Shown: positions 29,631 through 39,068 of the stretch, one piece after another | Layout: every line of letters begins with the position of its first letter | Numbering within the stretch: position 1 is the stretch's first letter | Source: an uncultured Eubacteriales bacterium | Lineage (GTDB): Bacteria > Bacillota > Clostridia > Oscillospirales > CAG-272 | Reading direction: 5' to 3' | DNA: 64,000 nt | Assembly (NCBI GenBank): GCA_949299535.1 | Contig: CASGAQ010000001.1 | Span: 133,471-197,470 of the forward strand | The notes under the pieces: generated by a model | Seen by the model: the letters and a program-made list of their open reading frames with translations, nothing else | Database searches by the model: none | Told to the model about the DNA's origin: nothing | Position numbers and translations under genes: made by a program

Positions 29631-30887
29631 ATGAATAGATACGGACTTCTCGGAGAAAAACTGCCGCACAGCTTTTCAAAGGAAATACACGAAAAAATAG
29701 GAAAATACGATTTTGAACTTATTGAGGTTGCCAAAGAAGACTTTGCCGATTTTGTCTCTAAGCGGGAATTTACGGCAATCAACGTTACGATCCCATATAA
29801 GCGCGATATCATACCATATCTTTATTATATGAGCGATCGTGCAAAAAGCATCGGAGCTGTGAATGTGGTTCTGAACAAGGAAGGAAAGCTTTACGGATAT
29901 AATACTGATTTTGTAGGACTTCGTAACCTTATTTTGCGCGCGGGCTTTGATTTAAAAAATGCCGTTGTTCTTATTCTCGGCTCCGGCGGTACAAGTATGA
30001 CGGCACGCGCTGTTTCCTCAGACCTCGGAGCAAAAGCAATAAAATTTGTGGAATGTGAAGCCCACGGCGAAGTTATTTCCTATGCGGACGCGGCGCGCGA
30101 TTATGCAGACGCGGATTTTATCATAAATACATCTCCCTGCGGAATGTATCCCGATTCGGACGCGACGCCATGGGACACCGTAGATATAAGCTTTGCAAAC
30201 TTTCCGAAGCTCAAGGGCTTTGTAGACGTTATATATAATCCTCTGCGCACGACACTTGCGGTAAAAGCGGGACTTGCGGGAATACCGTCCGTCAACGGAC
30301 TGTATATGCTTGTGGCTCAGGCAGTGGCGGCGGCAGAGATATTCACGGGCGAAAAGATAGACGATTCCGTGACGGAGGGCATATATAAGGAGCTTTTCCT
30401 TCAGAAACAGAATATAGTGCTTACAGGTATGCCCGGAAGCGGCAAGAGCACAATAGGCATGCTCGCCGCGGAAAAGCTCGGACGCAAATTTATAGACACA
30501 GATGAAGAATTTACAAAGGTATACGGCGCTCCCGCCGATTATATAAAAGCAAACGGAGAAGCCGCTTTCAGAGATGCAGAAAGCGAGATAATAAGACGTA
30601 TATGCGAGCATACAACAGGAGCTGTCATTTCCACGGGCGGCGGAGCCGTGCTCAGAGAGCAGAACATTGTGCGACTGCGCCGCAACGGCAGGATATATTT
30701 TATAGACCGAGATATAGACCTTATCGTTCCGACTGATGACAGACCGCTTTCCTCCGACCGAGAAATGCTCAAAAAGCGTTATGAGGAAAGATACGGGATC
30801 TATACCGGCACATGCGACGTTCACATCACGAATGATAAAGAGGCAGAGGACGCGGCACTCAAGGTGATGGAGGACTTTTTAAGATGA
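29631..30887 (+). CDS. aroE/aroK: Fused shikimate dehydrogenase / shikimate kinase
   Basis: Start at ATG 29631 after AAGGAGAG; the track ORF begins 45 codons upstream, overlapping aroC. The N-terminal part resembles AroE (LLGEKLPHSFSKEIH, GSGGTS). The C-terminal ~165 aa carry the kinase P-loop GMPGSGKSTIG and DTDE. Confidence 0.85.
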   Translation: MNRYGLLGEKLPHSFSKEIHEKIGKYDFELIEVAKEDFADFVSKREFTAINVTIPYKRDIIPYLYYMSDRAKSIGAVNVVLNKEGKLYGYNTDFVGLRNLILRAGFDLKNAVVLILGSGGTSMTARAVSSDLGAKAIKFVECEAHGEVISYADAARDYADADFIINTSPCGMYPDSDATPWDTVDISFANFPKLKGFVDVIYNPLRTTLAVKAGLAGIPSVNGLYMLVAQAVAAAEIFTGEKIDDSVTEGIYKELFLQKQNIVLTGMPGSGKSTIGMLAAEKLGRKFIDTDEEFTKVYGAPADYIKANGEAAFRDAESEIIRRICEHTTGAVISTGGGAVLREQNIVRLRRNGRIYFIDRDIDLIVPTDDRPLSSDREMLKKRYEERYGIYTGTCDVHITNDKEAEDAALKVMEDFLR

Positions 30888-31327
30888 AGATACTTGTCAT
30901 AAACGGACCTAACCTCAATATGCTCGGCATACGCGAGCCGGACATATACGGCAAAAACACATACGCCGACCTTGTGAAGCTGATAGAGGGATATTGCCGC
31001 GAAAAGAACGTAGATGTTGAGGTATATCAGTCAAACAGCGAGGGCGATATCGTTACGAAGATACAGCAGGCGTTGGGAAATACCGACGGCATAGTTATAA
31101 ACCCTGCGGCGTATACGCACACGAGCGTTGCGATTCTTGACGCGCTGAAAGCCGTTGCAATTCGCGCGGTGGAGGTTCATATCTCCGACGTTTCGCGCCG
31201 AGAGAGCTTTCGCAGCATAAGCTATGTCCGCGAATATTGTGAAAAGACTATTGCAGGACACGGATTTAACGGATATTCGGAGGCGATAGACATTCTTCTT
31301 GCGCCTCCCGCGGAAAAGAGAGTTTGA
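30884..31327 (+). CDS. aroQ: Type II 3-dehydroquinate dehydratase
   Basis: MKILVINGPNLNMLGIREP...INPAAYTHTSVA motifs. Confidence 0.95.
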   Translation: MKILVINGPNLNMLGIREPDIYGKNTYADLVKLIEGYCREKNVDVEVYQSNSEGDIVTKIQQALGNTDGIVINPAAYTHTSVAILDALKAVAIRAVEVHISDVSRRESFRSISYVREYCEKTIAGHGFNGYSEAIDILLAPPAEKRV

Positions 31328-31330
31328 CCG

Positions 31331-32545
31331 ATGGATATAAGAATAGAAAAAAGCCGCGCCTACGGCAAAGTGACGGCTCCGCCGTCAAAAAGCTTCGCAC
31401 ATCGTCTTATCATATGCGCCGCCATTGCCGGCGGCGGAAGCGAGGTGCGCGGCATTTCGGACAGCGAAGACATACTTGCGACGCTTGACTGTGCCAAGGA
31501 TTGTTTCGGCGCAGAATACAAAAGAAACGGACGCGATATCGTCTTTTGCGGAAGCGATGTGACATTAGCGGCGCACGGCGCGCTTATGTGCCGCGAAAGC
31601 GGAAGCACGATGAGATTTTTTATACCGCTGTGCCTTTTGAAAGACGAGGAATGTGAGCTTTGCGGAAGCGAAAAGCTGTTGTCAAGACCGATGACGGTTT
31701 ATGAGGATATTTGCCGCGCACAGGGACTGACCTTCGAGAACAACGGAGAACGCATCAGGGTAAAAGGTCCGCTCAGAGCCGGAAAATTTACCGTGCCGGG
31801 CAATATTTCCAGTCAATTCATAAGCGGACTCATGCTCGCGCTGCCGCTTCTTGAAGGGGACAGCGAGATATGCATAATACCTCCGCTTGACAGTAAGCCT
31901 TACATAGACATAACCATGAAAGCGCTCGGACTTTTCGGAGTTGAAACTTATTGGAGCGACGAGCTCACGATAAAAATAAAAGGCTGTCAAAAATATCTTC
32001 CTGCAAAGGAAACGGTGGAAGGAGATTATTCAAACGCCGCGTTCCTTTCCGCGCTCGATGTCTTGGGCGGAGAAGTGGAGGTGGAAGGTCTTTGCGGCGA
32101 CAGCGCGCAGGGCGACAAGGCTTATACAGAACAATTCCGCGCGCTTGAAGCCGGCGCTCCGGTGATAGATATTTCAGACTGTCCGGACTTGGCGCCGATA
32201 CTTATGAGCGTAGCGGCGGCAAAAAACGGAGTTAAACTTACGGGCACGGCTCGGCTCAAAATAAAGGAAAGCGATCGCGGCGCCGCGATGGCGGAGGAGC
32301 TTTCGAAATTCGGAGTTCCCGTCGCCGTTTATGACAATGAGATAATCGTTGAAGGCGGATGCCTCGGTACACCTAAAGAGCCTTTGTGCGGGCACAACGA
32401 CCACAGGATAGTCATGTCGATGGCGGTGCTTTGCACTCTTACAGGCGGCGTCATAAAAGGCGCGCAGGCAGTGAAAAAAAGCTATCCCGACTTTTTCGAC
32501 ACTATAAAAAAACTTGGAATAGAGGTTTCTGAAATTGATGATTGA
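31331..32545 (+). CDS. aroA: 3-phosphoshikimate 1-carboxyvinyltransferase (EPSP synthase)
   Basis: 404 aa with PSKS..HR, GNISSQF and HNDHRIVMS motifs. Confidence 0.92.
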   Translation: MDIRIEKSRAYGKVTAPPSKSFAHRLIICAAIAGGGSEVRGISDSEDILATLDCAKDCFGAEYKRNGRDIVFCGSDVTLAAHGALMCRESGSTMRFFIPLCLLKDEECELCGSEKLLSRPMTVYEDICRAQGLTFENNGERIRVKGPLRAGKFTVPGNISSQFISGLMLALPLLEGDSEICIIPPLDSKPYIDITMKALGLFGVETYWSDELTIKIKGCQKYLPAKETVEGDYSNAAFLSALDVLGGEVEVEGLCGDSAQGDKAYTEQFRALEAGAPVIDISDCPDLAPILMSVAAAKNGVKLTGTARLKIKESDRGAAMAEELSKFGVPVAVYDNEIIVEGGCLGTPKEPLCGHNDHRIVMSMAVLCTLTGGVIKGAQAVKKSYPDFFDTIKKLGIEVSEIDD

Positions 32546-33392
32546 AAAAACAAAAAAAATACTTATAGTGGGACTGGGACTTCTCGGCGGAAGCTATGCT
32601 CAGTCGCTTACGCGCCAAGGATATGAAGTTTTTGCCATAACGAGAAAACAAAGCACGATAGATTATGCTTTGGAGCATGGGATGATTGCGCGCGGAACGA
32701 CGGAAATAGACGCCCGGATGATAGGACAGGCAGATATAGCTGTTTTTGCGCTCTATCCTCACGTCTTTATCGAATGGATGGAAAAGAACGGCAAATATTT
32801 CAAAAAAGGAGCTATAATCACGGATGTAACAGGCGTTAAATGCGCCATTGTCGATAAGATACAGTCGCTTCTTCCCGAAGGCGTTGAATTTATCGGCGCG
32901 CACCCTATGGCGGGAAAAGAAGTTTACGGTATCGAAAACAGCAACGAGGAAATGTTTAAAGGAGCCAACTACATTGTGACGCCTAATGAAAAGAATACGC
33001 CTCATGCCATAGAAACGTGCAAGGAGCTTGGCAGAATACTCGGATTTGCAAATATATCCGAGCTTTCACCCCAGAAGCACGACAGAATGATAGGCTTTCT
33101 TTCTCAGCTTACACATTGTATCGCGGTGGCGCTCATGACGTGCAACGACGACGTCAACCTCTGTAAGTATACGGGCGACTCGTTCAGAGATCTTACAAGA
33201 ATAGCGCGTATAAACGAGGATATGTGGAGCGAGCTTTTCATGCTCAATAAGGATATACTCATTTCCGAGATAAAAGCGTTCGGAGGCGAACTTGAAAAAC
33301 TGCGCCGCGCTATGGAAACGGACGATGTCGAAACTATGAAGAATATGATGCGTACTTCCACAGCCAGACGCGCTATGTTCGATAAGAAATAA
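32538..33392 (+). CDS. tyrA: Prephenate dehydrogenase
   Basis: IVGLGLLGGS Rossmann motif and GAHPMAG. Overlaps the aroA stop. TTG 32535 is an alternative start. Confidence 0.88.
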   Translation: MIEKTKKILIVGLGLLGGSYAQSLTRQGYEVFAITRKQSTIDYALEHGMIARGTTEIDARMIGQADIAVFALYPHVFIEWMEKNGKYFKKGAIITDVTGVKCAIVDKIQSLLPEGVEFIGAHPMAGKEVYGIENSNEEMFKGANYIVTPNEKNTPHAIETCKELGRILGFANISELSPQKHDRMIGFLSQLTHCIAVALMTCNDDVNLCKYTGDSFRDLTRIARINEDMWSELFMLNKDILISEIKAFGGELEKLRRAMETDDVETMKNMMRTSTARRAMFDKK

Positions 33393-33542
33393 ACCAAACA
33401 AAAAAACGTAAGAGATTTTATTATAAATCATAGAAAACAAATAAAAAGCAAAGTGCAGTCCTCTCTTTCGCGCCGGCGCGGGAGGAGGAGAGGCTTTGCC
33501 GTGCTTTCCATAAGGGAGAGCGGAAAGGATAGGACAAAAATT

Positions 33543-34574
33543 ATGAATATGAACTTCAAAAGAAAGCTTCCCATTCCTCTGGAAGTCAAGCAGATGTATC
33601 CCCTTACAAGCGAGCTTGAAAAAGTCAAGGCGGAACGCGACAAGGCGATAAAAGCCGTTTTCACAGGCGAGAGCGACAAAATGATACTTATTATAGGACC
33701 TTGTTCCGCAGATACGGAAGATTCCGTTATGGACTACATTCACAGGCTCAAGCTCGTTCAGGAAAAAACTGCGGATAAACTCATAATTATCCCCAGAATA
33801 TATACAGGCAAGCCCAGAACGATAGGCGACGGTTACAAGGGCATGGTACATCAGCCCAACCCCAACGAGGAGCCTGACGCTTTCAAAGGGATCGTCGCAG
33901 TACGCGAGATACATATGAGAGCGCTTGCCGAAACAGGTCTTTCCACTGCTGACGAAATGCTCTATCCTGAAAATCACCGTTATGTTTCCGACCTGCTTTC
34001 ATATGTTGCGGTCGGCGCGCGCAGCGTAGAAGACCAGCAGCACAGACTCACGGCGAGCGGTCTTAACATTCCCGTAGGCATGAAAAATCCCACAAGCGGG
34101 GATATTTCCGTTATGATGAACTCCGTCACGGCAGGACAGCACGCACATCAGTTTATATACCGCAGCTGGGAGGTAGAGAGCTATGGCAATGAATATGTTC
34201 ATTCAATTCTTCGCGGATATGTAAATAAGCACGGTCAGTCCATGCCTAACTACCATTATGAGGACCTCATGCACTTGTTCGAAGAATACGCAAAGAAACC
34301 CGATCTCAAAAATCCCGCCGTCATCATCGACACGAACCATTCCAACTCCGGCAAGAAATATCTGGAGCAGATACGTATTGCAAAAGAAGTGCTCTACTCC
34401 TGCAATTATTCTTCCGATATTCGCAAGATAGTCAAAGGATTTATGATAGAGAGTTATATAGAGGACGGCGCTCAGAAGATAGGCGACGGCGTTTACGGCA
34501 AATCCATCACAGACCCTTGTCTTGGCTGGGAGAAGACGGAGAGGCTCATTCTCGACATCGCAGATTCCATATGA
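33543..34574 (+). CDS. 3-deoxy-7-phosphoheptulonate (DAHP) synthase, class I (AroF/G/H-like)
   Basis: IIGPCS, KPRT and VGMKNP motifs. ATG 33543 chosen. An in-frame GTG at 33501 with a strong SD is an alternative start. Confidence 0.88.
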   Translation: MNMNFKRKLPIPLEVKQMYPLTSELEKVKAERDKAIKAVFTGESDKMILIIGPCSADTEDSVMDYIHRLKLVQEKTADKLIIIPRIYTGKPRTIGDGYKGMVHQPNPNEEPDAFKGIVAVREIHMRALAETGLSTADEMLYPENHRYVSDLLSYVAVGARSVEDQQHRLTASGLNIPVGMKNPTSGDISVMMNSVTAGQHAHQFIYRSWEVESYGNEYVHSILRGYVNKHGQSMPNYHYEDLMHLFEEYAKKPDLKNPAVIIDTNHSNSGKKYLEQIRIAKEVLYSCNYSSDIRKIVKGFMIESYIEDGAQKIGDGVYGKSITDPCLGWEKTERLILDIADSI

Positions 34575-34675
34575 TAAAAGCGTGCGGATATTTCGGGCGT
34601 GAATGAAATTTCAGACAATCCCCGCCGCAAAAGCGGCGGAGTAAAATAAAAAAATCAATTTGGTGGTGATCTATC

Positions 34676-35419
34676 ATGTACAATTTTGACGTAAAAAAAG
34701 CTGTTGACGGCTGTATTTCATGGATACGGGAATGGTTTGAGAAAAACGGTAAGGGCTGTAATGTCATTATCGGCATTTCCGGCGGAAAAGACAGTTCCGT
34801 TACGGCGGCTCTTTGCTGTGCGGCGCTCGGAAAAGACAAGGTATTCGGAGTTCTCATGCCGGACGGGGAACAATGCGATATCGAATATTCCCGCGAGATA
34901 TGCCGTCATCTCGGCATAGAGCATATGGAAGTCAATATCCGTCCCGCCGTTGCCGGAGTTTATGAATCTTTGGACGGAAGACTGGATATTTCCGAGCAGA
35001 CGAGAATAAATCTGCCGCCGAGAATACGCATGGCTACTCTTTACGCTATATCTCAGTCCAAAAACGGACGTGTCGCAAATACCTGCAACCTGTCCGAAGA
35101 CTGGGTCGGATATTCCACAAGATACGGCGACTGCGCCGGAGATTTCGGACCTATTTCCCGTTTTACGGTTGCTGAAGTAAAACAGATAGGCAAATATCTC
35201 GGAATCCCGGAAAAATTCATAGAAAAAGCGCCGTCGGACGGTCTTTCCGGAAAAACGGACGAAGACAAGCTCGGCTTTGCCTATGCAGTGCTTGACAAAT
35301 ATATAAGAGAAGGCATAATAGAAGACGAAAATACAAAAGCAAGAATAGATCATCTGCACGCCGCCAATCTTTTCAAACTGGAAACTCTTCCGGTTTATGA
35401 ATTTGATCCCGCAGAATAA
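34676..35419 (+). CDS. nadE: Ammonia-dependent NAD+ synthetase
   Basis: 247 aa with PP-loop ISGGKDSSV. Confidence 0.9.
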   Translation: MYNFDVKKAVDGCISWIREWFEKNGKGCNVIIGISGGKDSSVTAALCCAALGKDKVFGVLMPDGEQCDIEYSREICRHLGIEHMEVNIRPAVAGVYESLDGRLDISEQTRINLPPRIRMATLYAISQSKNGRVANTCNLSEDWVGYSTRYGDCAGDFGPISRFTVAEVKQIGKYLGIPEKFIEKAPSDGLSGKTDEDKLGFAYAVLDKYIREGIIEDENTKARIDHLHAANLFKLETLPVYEFDPAE

Positions 35420-35441
35420 AATTTTTACGGAGAATATATAT

Positions 35442-35939
35442 ATGGCAGGACTTAAACGCCCCGACAAATACAATTATTATCTTGATATCGCGCAGACGGT
35501 GGCTCAGCGAAGCACTTGTCTTCGCCGCGCTTTCGGCGCAATTATTGTCAAAAACGATATAATAATATCGACAGGATATAACGGCGCTCCGAGAGGACGC
35601 AAAAATTGCAGCGAGCTTAACTTCTGTATGAGAGATCACCTCGGCATACCGAGGGGCGAGCGGTATGAAATGTGCCGCTCCGTCCATGCGGAGGCAAACG
35701 CAATAATCGCCGCCTCGCGCGATCAGATGCTCGGCTCAACGCTGTATATGGCGTGTATCGATGTAAAATCGGGCACTCTTATGGCGGGGACCTGTTCTTG
35801 CATGATGTGTAAGCGTCAGGTAATAAACGCAGGTATCGAAAAGGTCGTCGTCCGCGACACGCCTACGGAATATACCGTATACAATGTCGAGGATTGGATA
35901 GAAAACGACGACAGCCTGAGCGGAATTTTCGGATATTGA
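35442..35939 (+). CDS. dCMP deaminase (ComEB-type cytidine/deoxycytidylate deaminase)
   Basis: HAEANAI and the zinc ligands CSCMMC. Start at MAGLKRPDK after acggag. Confidence 0.85.
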   Translation: MAGLKRPDKYNYYLDIAQTVAQRSTCLRRAFGAIIVKNDIIISTGYNGAPRGRKNCSELNFCMRDHLGIPRGERYEMCRSVHAEANAIIAASRDQMLGSTLYMACIDVKSGTLMAGTCSCMMCKRQVINAGIEKVVVRDTPTEYTVYNVEDWIENDDSLSGIFGY

Positions 35940-35986
35940 TAAAAACAAGACCGTTTCGAACACGGTATGAAAGAGCCGTCGTTTTT

Positions 35987-36026
35987 ATGAAGCCAAAAGC
36001 GCACAAAAGTGCGCTTTTGGCTTCAT
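35987..36026. other. Perfect 18-bp inverted repeat in a convergent spacer
   Basis: atgaagccaaaagcgcac / gtgcgcttttggcttcat with loop aaaa. No flanking U-tract on either strand. Confidence 0.6.
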
Positions 36027-36070
36027 AGCGCGTGTTTGACGAATAATATCCGCTTTTTATTCCGTGAATC

Positions 36071-36123
36071 AAAAAATAAAGAACCCGCCATAATAAGGGC
36101 GGGTCCGAAGTTTTGTTTTTTTT
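36071..36123. terminator. Bidirectional terminator (spoVG / dCMP deaminase)
   Basis: acccgcc (36083-36089) / ggcgggt (36098-36104), with an A-rich stretch upstream and ttttgtttttttt downstream. Confidence 0.7.
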
Positions 36124-36137
36124 ACGGAATGTAAGGC

Positions 36138-36464
36138 TCAGTCGGCGTAAACTTCCGCTTTTTCCTCTTTGAAAGTTTCTGGAGCGGGGATAATGCCGTC
36201 TTTGATATCTTGGAGATATTTGAAGTATGCGTTAATGACCGTTTCTTCGAGTTTTGAGCGCATTTCGGCGTTGATGGGGTGAACTATGTCGCGGTATGTG
36301 CCGTCGGGATTCTTTCTGGAGGGCATAACGACAAAGAATTTATCCCTTGCGTTTATGACTTTAACGTCATGAAGAGCCAAAGCGTTGTCGAAGGTGATAG
36401 ATACGACTGCTTTCATGGGACCTTCTTCAAAAATTTTTCTGATTTTTACGTCTGTGATTTCCAT
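36138..36464 (-). CDS. spoVG: Septation/sporulation regulator SpoVG
   Basis: MEITDVKIRKI...AVVSITFDNALALHDVKVI...FVVMPSRK is the hallmark SpoVG sequence. Confidence 0.95.
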   Translation of the reverse strand: MEITDVKIRKIFEEGPMKAVVSITFDNALALHDVKVINARDKFFVVMPSRKNPDGTYRDIVHPINAEMRSKLEETVINAYFKYLQDIKDGIIPAPETFKEEKAEVYAD

Positions 36465-36674
36465 ATCTGTGTTTTCTCCTTAAAATGGTTTATTGAGTTG
36501 TTATTTTCTTGACAAGTTTTAGTTGTTTTTCTTCGTTTTCTATATTTTACTACTTAATTGTGAATTTTATTCAAATTAAAGGTAAGTAAACTTTTAATTT
36601 TTTGTCATTCATGTGTTACTTTCATGTGTCGCATATATGAATTTGGATTATTTTTATAGTTTGTAGAGGTTTTT

Positions 36675-38048
36675 ATGTCTTGCAATGAAATTTTTGAAGC
36701 TCTGCGTGTTGCCCGTTCGCTTTTTTTTGTGGGCATAGGAGGGATAAGCATGTCGAGCATAGCTTTTGTTTTCGGTTCAAAGGGATACGAGGTGCGCGGT
36801 TCTGACAAAGTGCAGAGCGCAATGACAAAAAAACTTGAGTCATGCGGCATACGTGTTTTTCACGGACACGACGCTTCTCACATCGTGGGAGTTGACGCGG
36901 TGATATATACGGGTGCTGTCGACGAGAGCAATCCGGAGATATCGGAGGCGAAAAGGCTGGGACTGCCGCTAATATACCGTGCGGACGCCCTTGCTTATCT
37001 TATGAAGGAGTATAAAACAAGGATAGGCGTTTCCGGCGCGCACGGCAAATCCACTTGTACTGCGATGATATCTCACGTTCTTATTGCTTCCGGCAAAGAC
37101 CCGACGGTAATGTGCGGCGCCGAAACTGCGGAAATGGGCGGTGCATATCGCGTGGGAAATGGAGCGGATTTCGTCTTTGAGGCGTGCGAGTACAAAGACT
37201 CTTTTTTGGAGTTTTGTCCGACCGTTTCTGTCATTCTCAATATCGACCTTGACCATACGGATTATTTTACAGGCGGCATAGATCAGATAAAGTCATCTTT
37301 CAGAAAATATGCCATGCTTGCTCTTTCTTCGCACGCTCCTTTTGTCGTATCCAACGCAGACGATGAAAACACCGTTTCAGCTCTTGACGGACTGAAAAAA
37401 ACTACGTTTGGTATAGAAAACGAGGCAGACTTCCGTGCGGATAACATTTCGTTTGACGGAGGATTTGCGTCGTTTGATATTGTGTGCAGGGGAGAGTTTT
37501 TCTGCCGAGTAAATCTTTCCGTTCCCGGCAGGCACAATATCTATAATGCGCTTGCATCTGCGGCTGTTTGCGATCATGCCGGAGTGAGCGCTGAAGATAT
37601 TGCCGCGTATCTCTCTGATTTCAAGGGGCTTTCACGAAGATTTGAGAAAAAGGGAAGCATCGGCGGCGCCGACGTATATATAGACTACGCGCATCATCCC
37701 AAGGAGATAGCCTCAAGCATTTCCGCCGCGCGCAGGATGTGCGGCGGCAGAGTCATATGCATTTTCGAGCCGCATACTTATTCGCGCACAGCGGCGCTTT
37801 TCCGTGAGTTTGCCGCGTCTTTCGGGAACGCTGACGAAATAATATTCGTCGATATTTATGCCGCTCGCGAGAAGAATGACTGCGGCGTTTCATCTCGTGC
37901 CCTTTCGGCTGTGACGCCGCGCGGAGAATATTCCGCCTCATATGAGGAAGCGGCAAAACTTGTACGCGAAAAAGCTCGCTTGGGCGACATCGTGCTGGTA
38001 CTGGGCGCAGGTACGGTAAATGAAATTGCCGATATTATCGTACAATGA
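36675..38048 (+). CDS. murC: UDP-N-acetylmuramate--L-alanine ligase
   Basis: FVGIGGISMSS and GAHGKST motifs, 457 aa. Confidence 0.92.
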   Translation: MSCNEIFEALRVARSLFFVGIGGISMSSIAFVFGSKGYEVRGSDKVQSAMTKKLESCGIRVFHGHDASHIVGVDAVIYTGAVDESNPEISEAKRLGLPLIYRADALAYLMKEYKTRIGVSGAHGKSTCTAMISHVLIASGKDPTVMCGAETAEMGGAYRVGNGADFVFEACEYKDSFLEFCPTVSVILNIDLDHTDYFTGGIDQIKSSFRKYAMLALSSHAPFVVSNADDENTVSALDGLKKTTFGIENEADFRADNISFDGGFASFDIVCRGEFFCRVNLSVPGRHNIYNALASAAVCDHAGVSAEDIAAYLSDFKGLSRRFEKKGSIGGADVYIDYAHHPKEIASSISAARRMCGGRVICIFEPHTYSRTAALFREFAASFGNADEIIFVDIYAAREKNDCGVSSRALSAVTPRGEYSASYEEAAKLVREKARLGDIVLVLGAGTVNEIADIIVQ

Positions 38049-38128
38049 GTGCGAAATATGAAGAGTGCGAAATATGAAATTTTATACAGCATTTTGCGCC
38101 GAAAAACGAATATTTTTTCAAATAACTG

Positions 38129-38157
38129 TTGACAAATAAAGAGGTATAAACTATAAT
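38129..38157 (+). promoter_or_regulatory. Consensus sigma-A promoter of the amino acid ABC operon
   Basis: TTGACA, 17 nt, TATAAT. Confidence 0.6.
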
Positions 38158-38210
38158 AGTCGTTGTTATCCAAAACAATTTAAAAATAATCATTACGGAG
38201 GAATAAAACA

Positions 38211-39068
38211 ATGAAAAAAATCATCAGTCTTGCGCTTGCTGCAGCGCTTATGCTCTGCACGATTTTCGCGCTTGCTTCCTGCGGCAGCGAAAAATATAAA
38301 GTAGGCGTTCAGTCCGGCACAACAGGCTGGAGCTTTATGGAAGGCGACGCCGACTGGGGCTTCGAAGGCTTTGAGAATATCGACGTAGCTTCCTACGACA
38401 ACGGCGCACTCGCAATATCCGCGCTCAAATCCGGCAACGTTGACTTTGTAGTTATCGACGCAGACGTTGCAAAATCTCTTGTAGCCGCGAACGAAGGCAC
38501 AAAAGTTATCGACATCGCTCTTACAGTTGAACAATACGGTATCGCCGTAGACCCTGCTCAGACAGAGCTTCTCACACAGATCAACGGAATCCTTTCTTCC
38601 AAATCCGCTGAGATCGACGCGATCTTTGCGAAATATGCGGACGTTGATGACAACAACGCGGCAAGCTGGAGCGGCGACGTTATTCCCGCAGGCGAATACG
38701 ACGCAAGCAAAAACCAACTCGTAGTTGCTACAAACGCACAGTTTGCTCCTTTCGAATTTACTGTAGGAAACGGCTTTGCAGGTATCGATATGGAAATTGC
38801 AAAACTTATCGCAGATGAACTCGGCATGGAACTTGTTATTTCTGATATGAAGTTCGAAGCAGTTGTTTCCTCCATCGGCAAAAACGGCGTTGACATCGCG
38901 GCTTCCGGACTTACGATAAACCCCGTTCGCGCACAGCTGGTAAACTTCACGAACGCTTATTTTGACAGCGCATATCAGGTCGTTATAGTAAGAGAGGACG
39001 ACACAACGTTCGACGAATGCAAAACGACTGAAGATATGATAAACAAGATTAAATCTCTTACAAAATAA
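38211..39068 (+). CDS. Amino acid ABC transporter substrate-binding lipoprotein with apparently circularly permuted domain order
   Basis: Lipobox FALASC|GS. The segment normally found C-terminal (KVGVQSGTTG...YGIAVDP...) precedes the segment normally found N-terminal (LVVATNAQFAPFEF...GIDMEIAKLIADELG...SGLTINPVR). Confidence 0.8.
   Translation: MKKIISLALAAALMLCTIFALASCGSEKYKVGVQSGTTGWSFMEGDADWGFEGFENIDVASYDNGALAISALKSGNVDFVVIDADVAKSLVAANEGTKVIDIALTVEQYGIAVDPAQTELLTQINGILSSKSAEIDAIFAKYADVDDNNAASWSGDVIPAGEYDASKNQLVVATNAQFAPFEFTVGNGFAGIDMEIAKLIADELGMELVISDMKFEAVVSSIGKNGVDIAASGLTINPVRAQLVNFTNAYFDSAYQVVIVREDDTTFDECKTTEDMINKIKSLTK

Noticed and set aside
35987-36026. Perfect 18-bp inverted repeat as an insertion-sequence end or MITE
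   Set aside because: It is a single copy in the window with no target-site duplication or transposase nearby, and it sits between convergent genes. It is more simply a transcript-end or stability hairpin.
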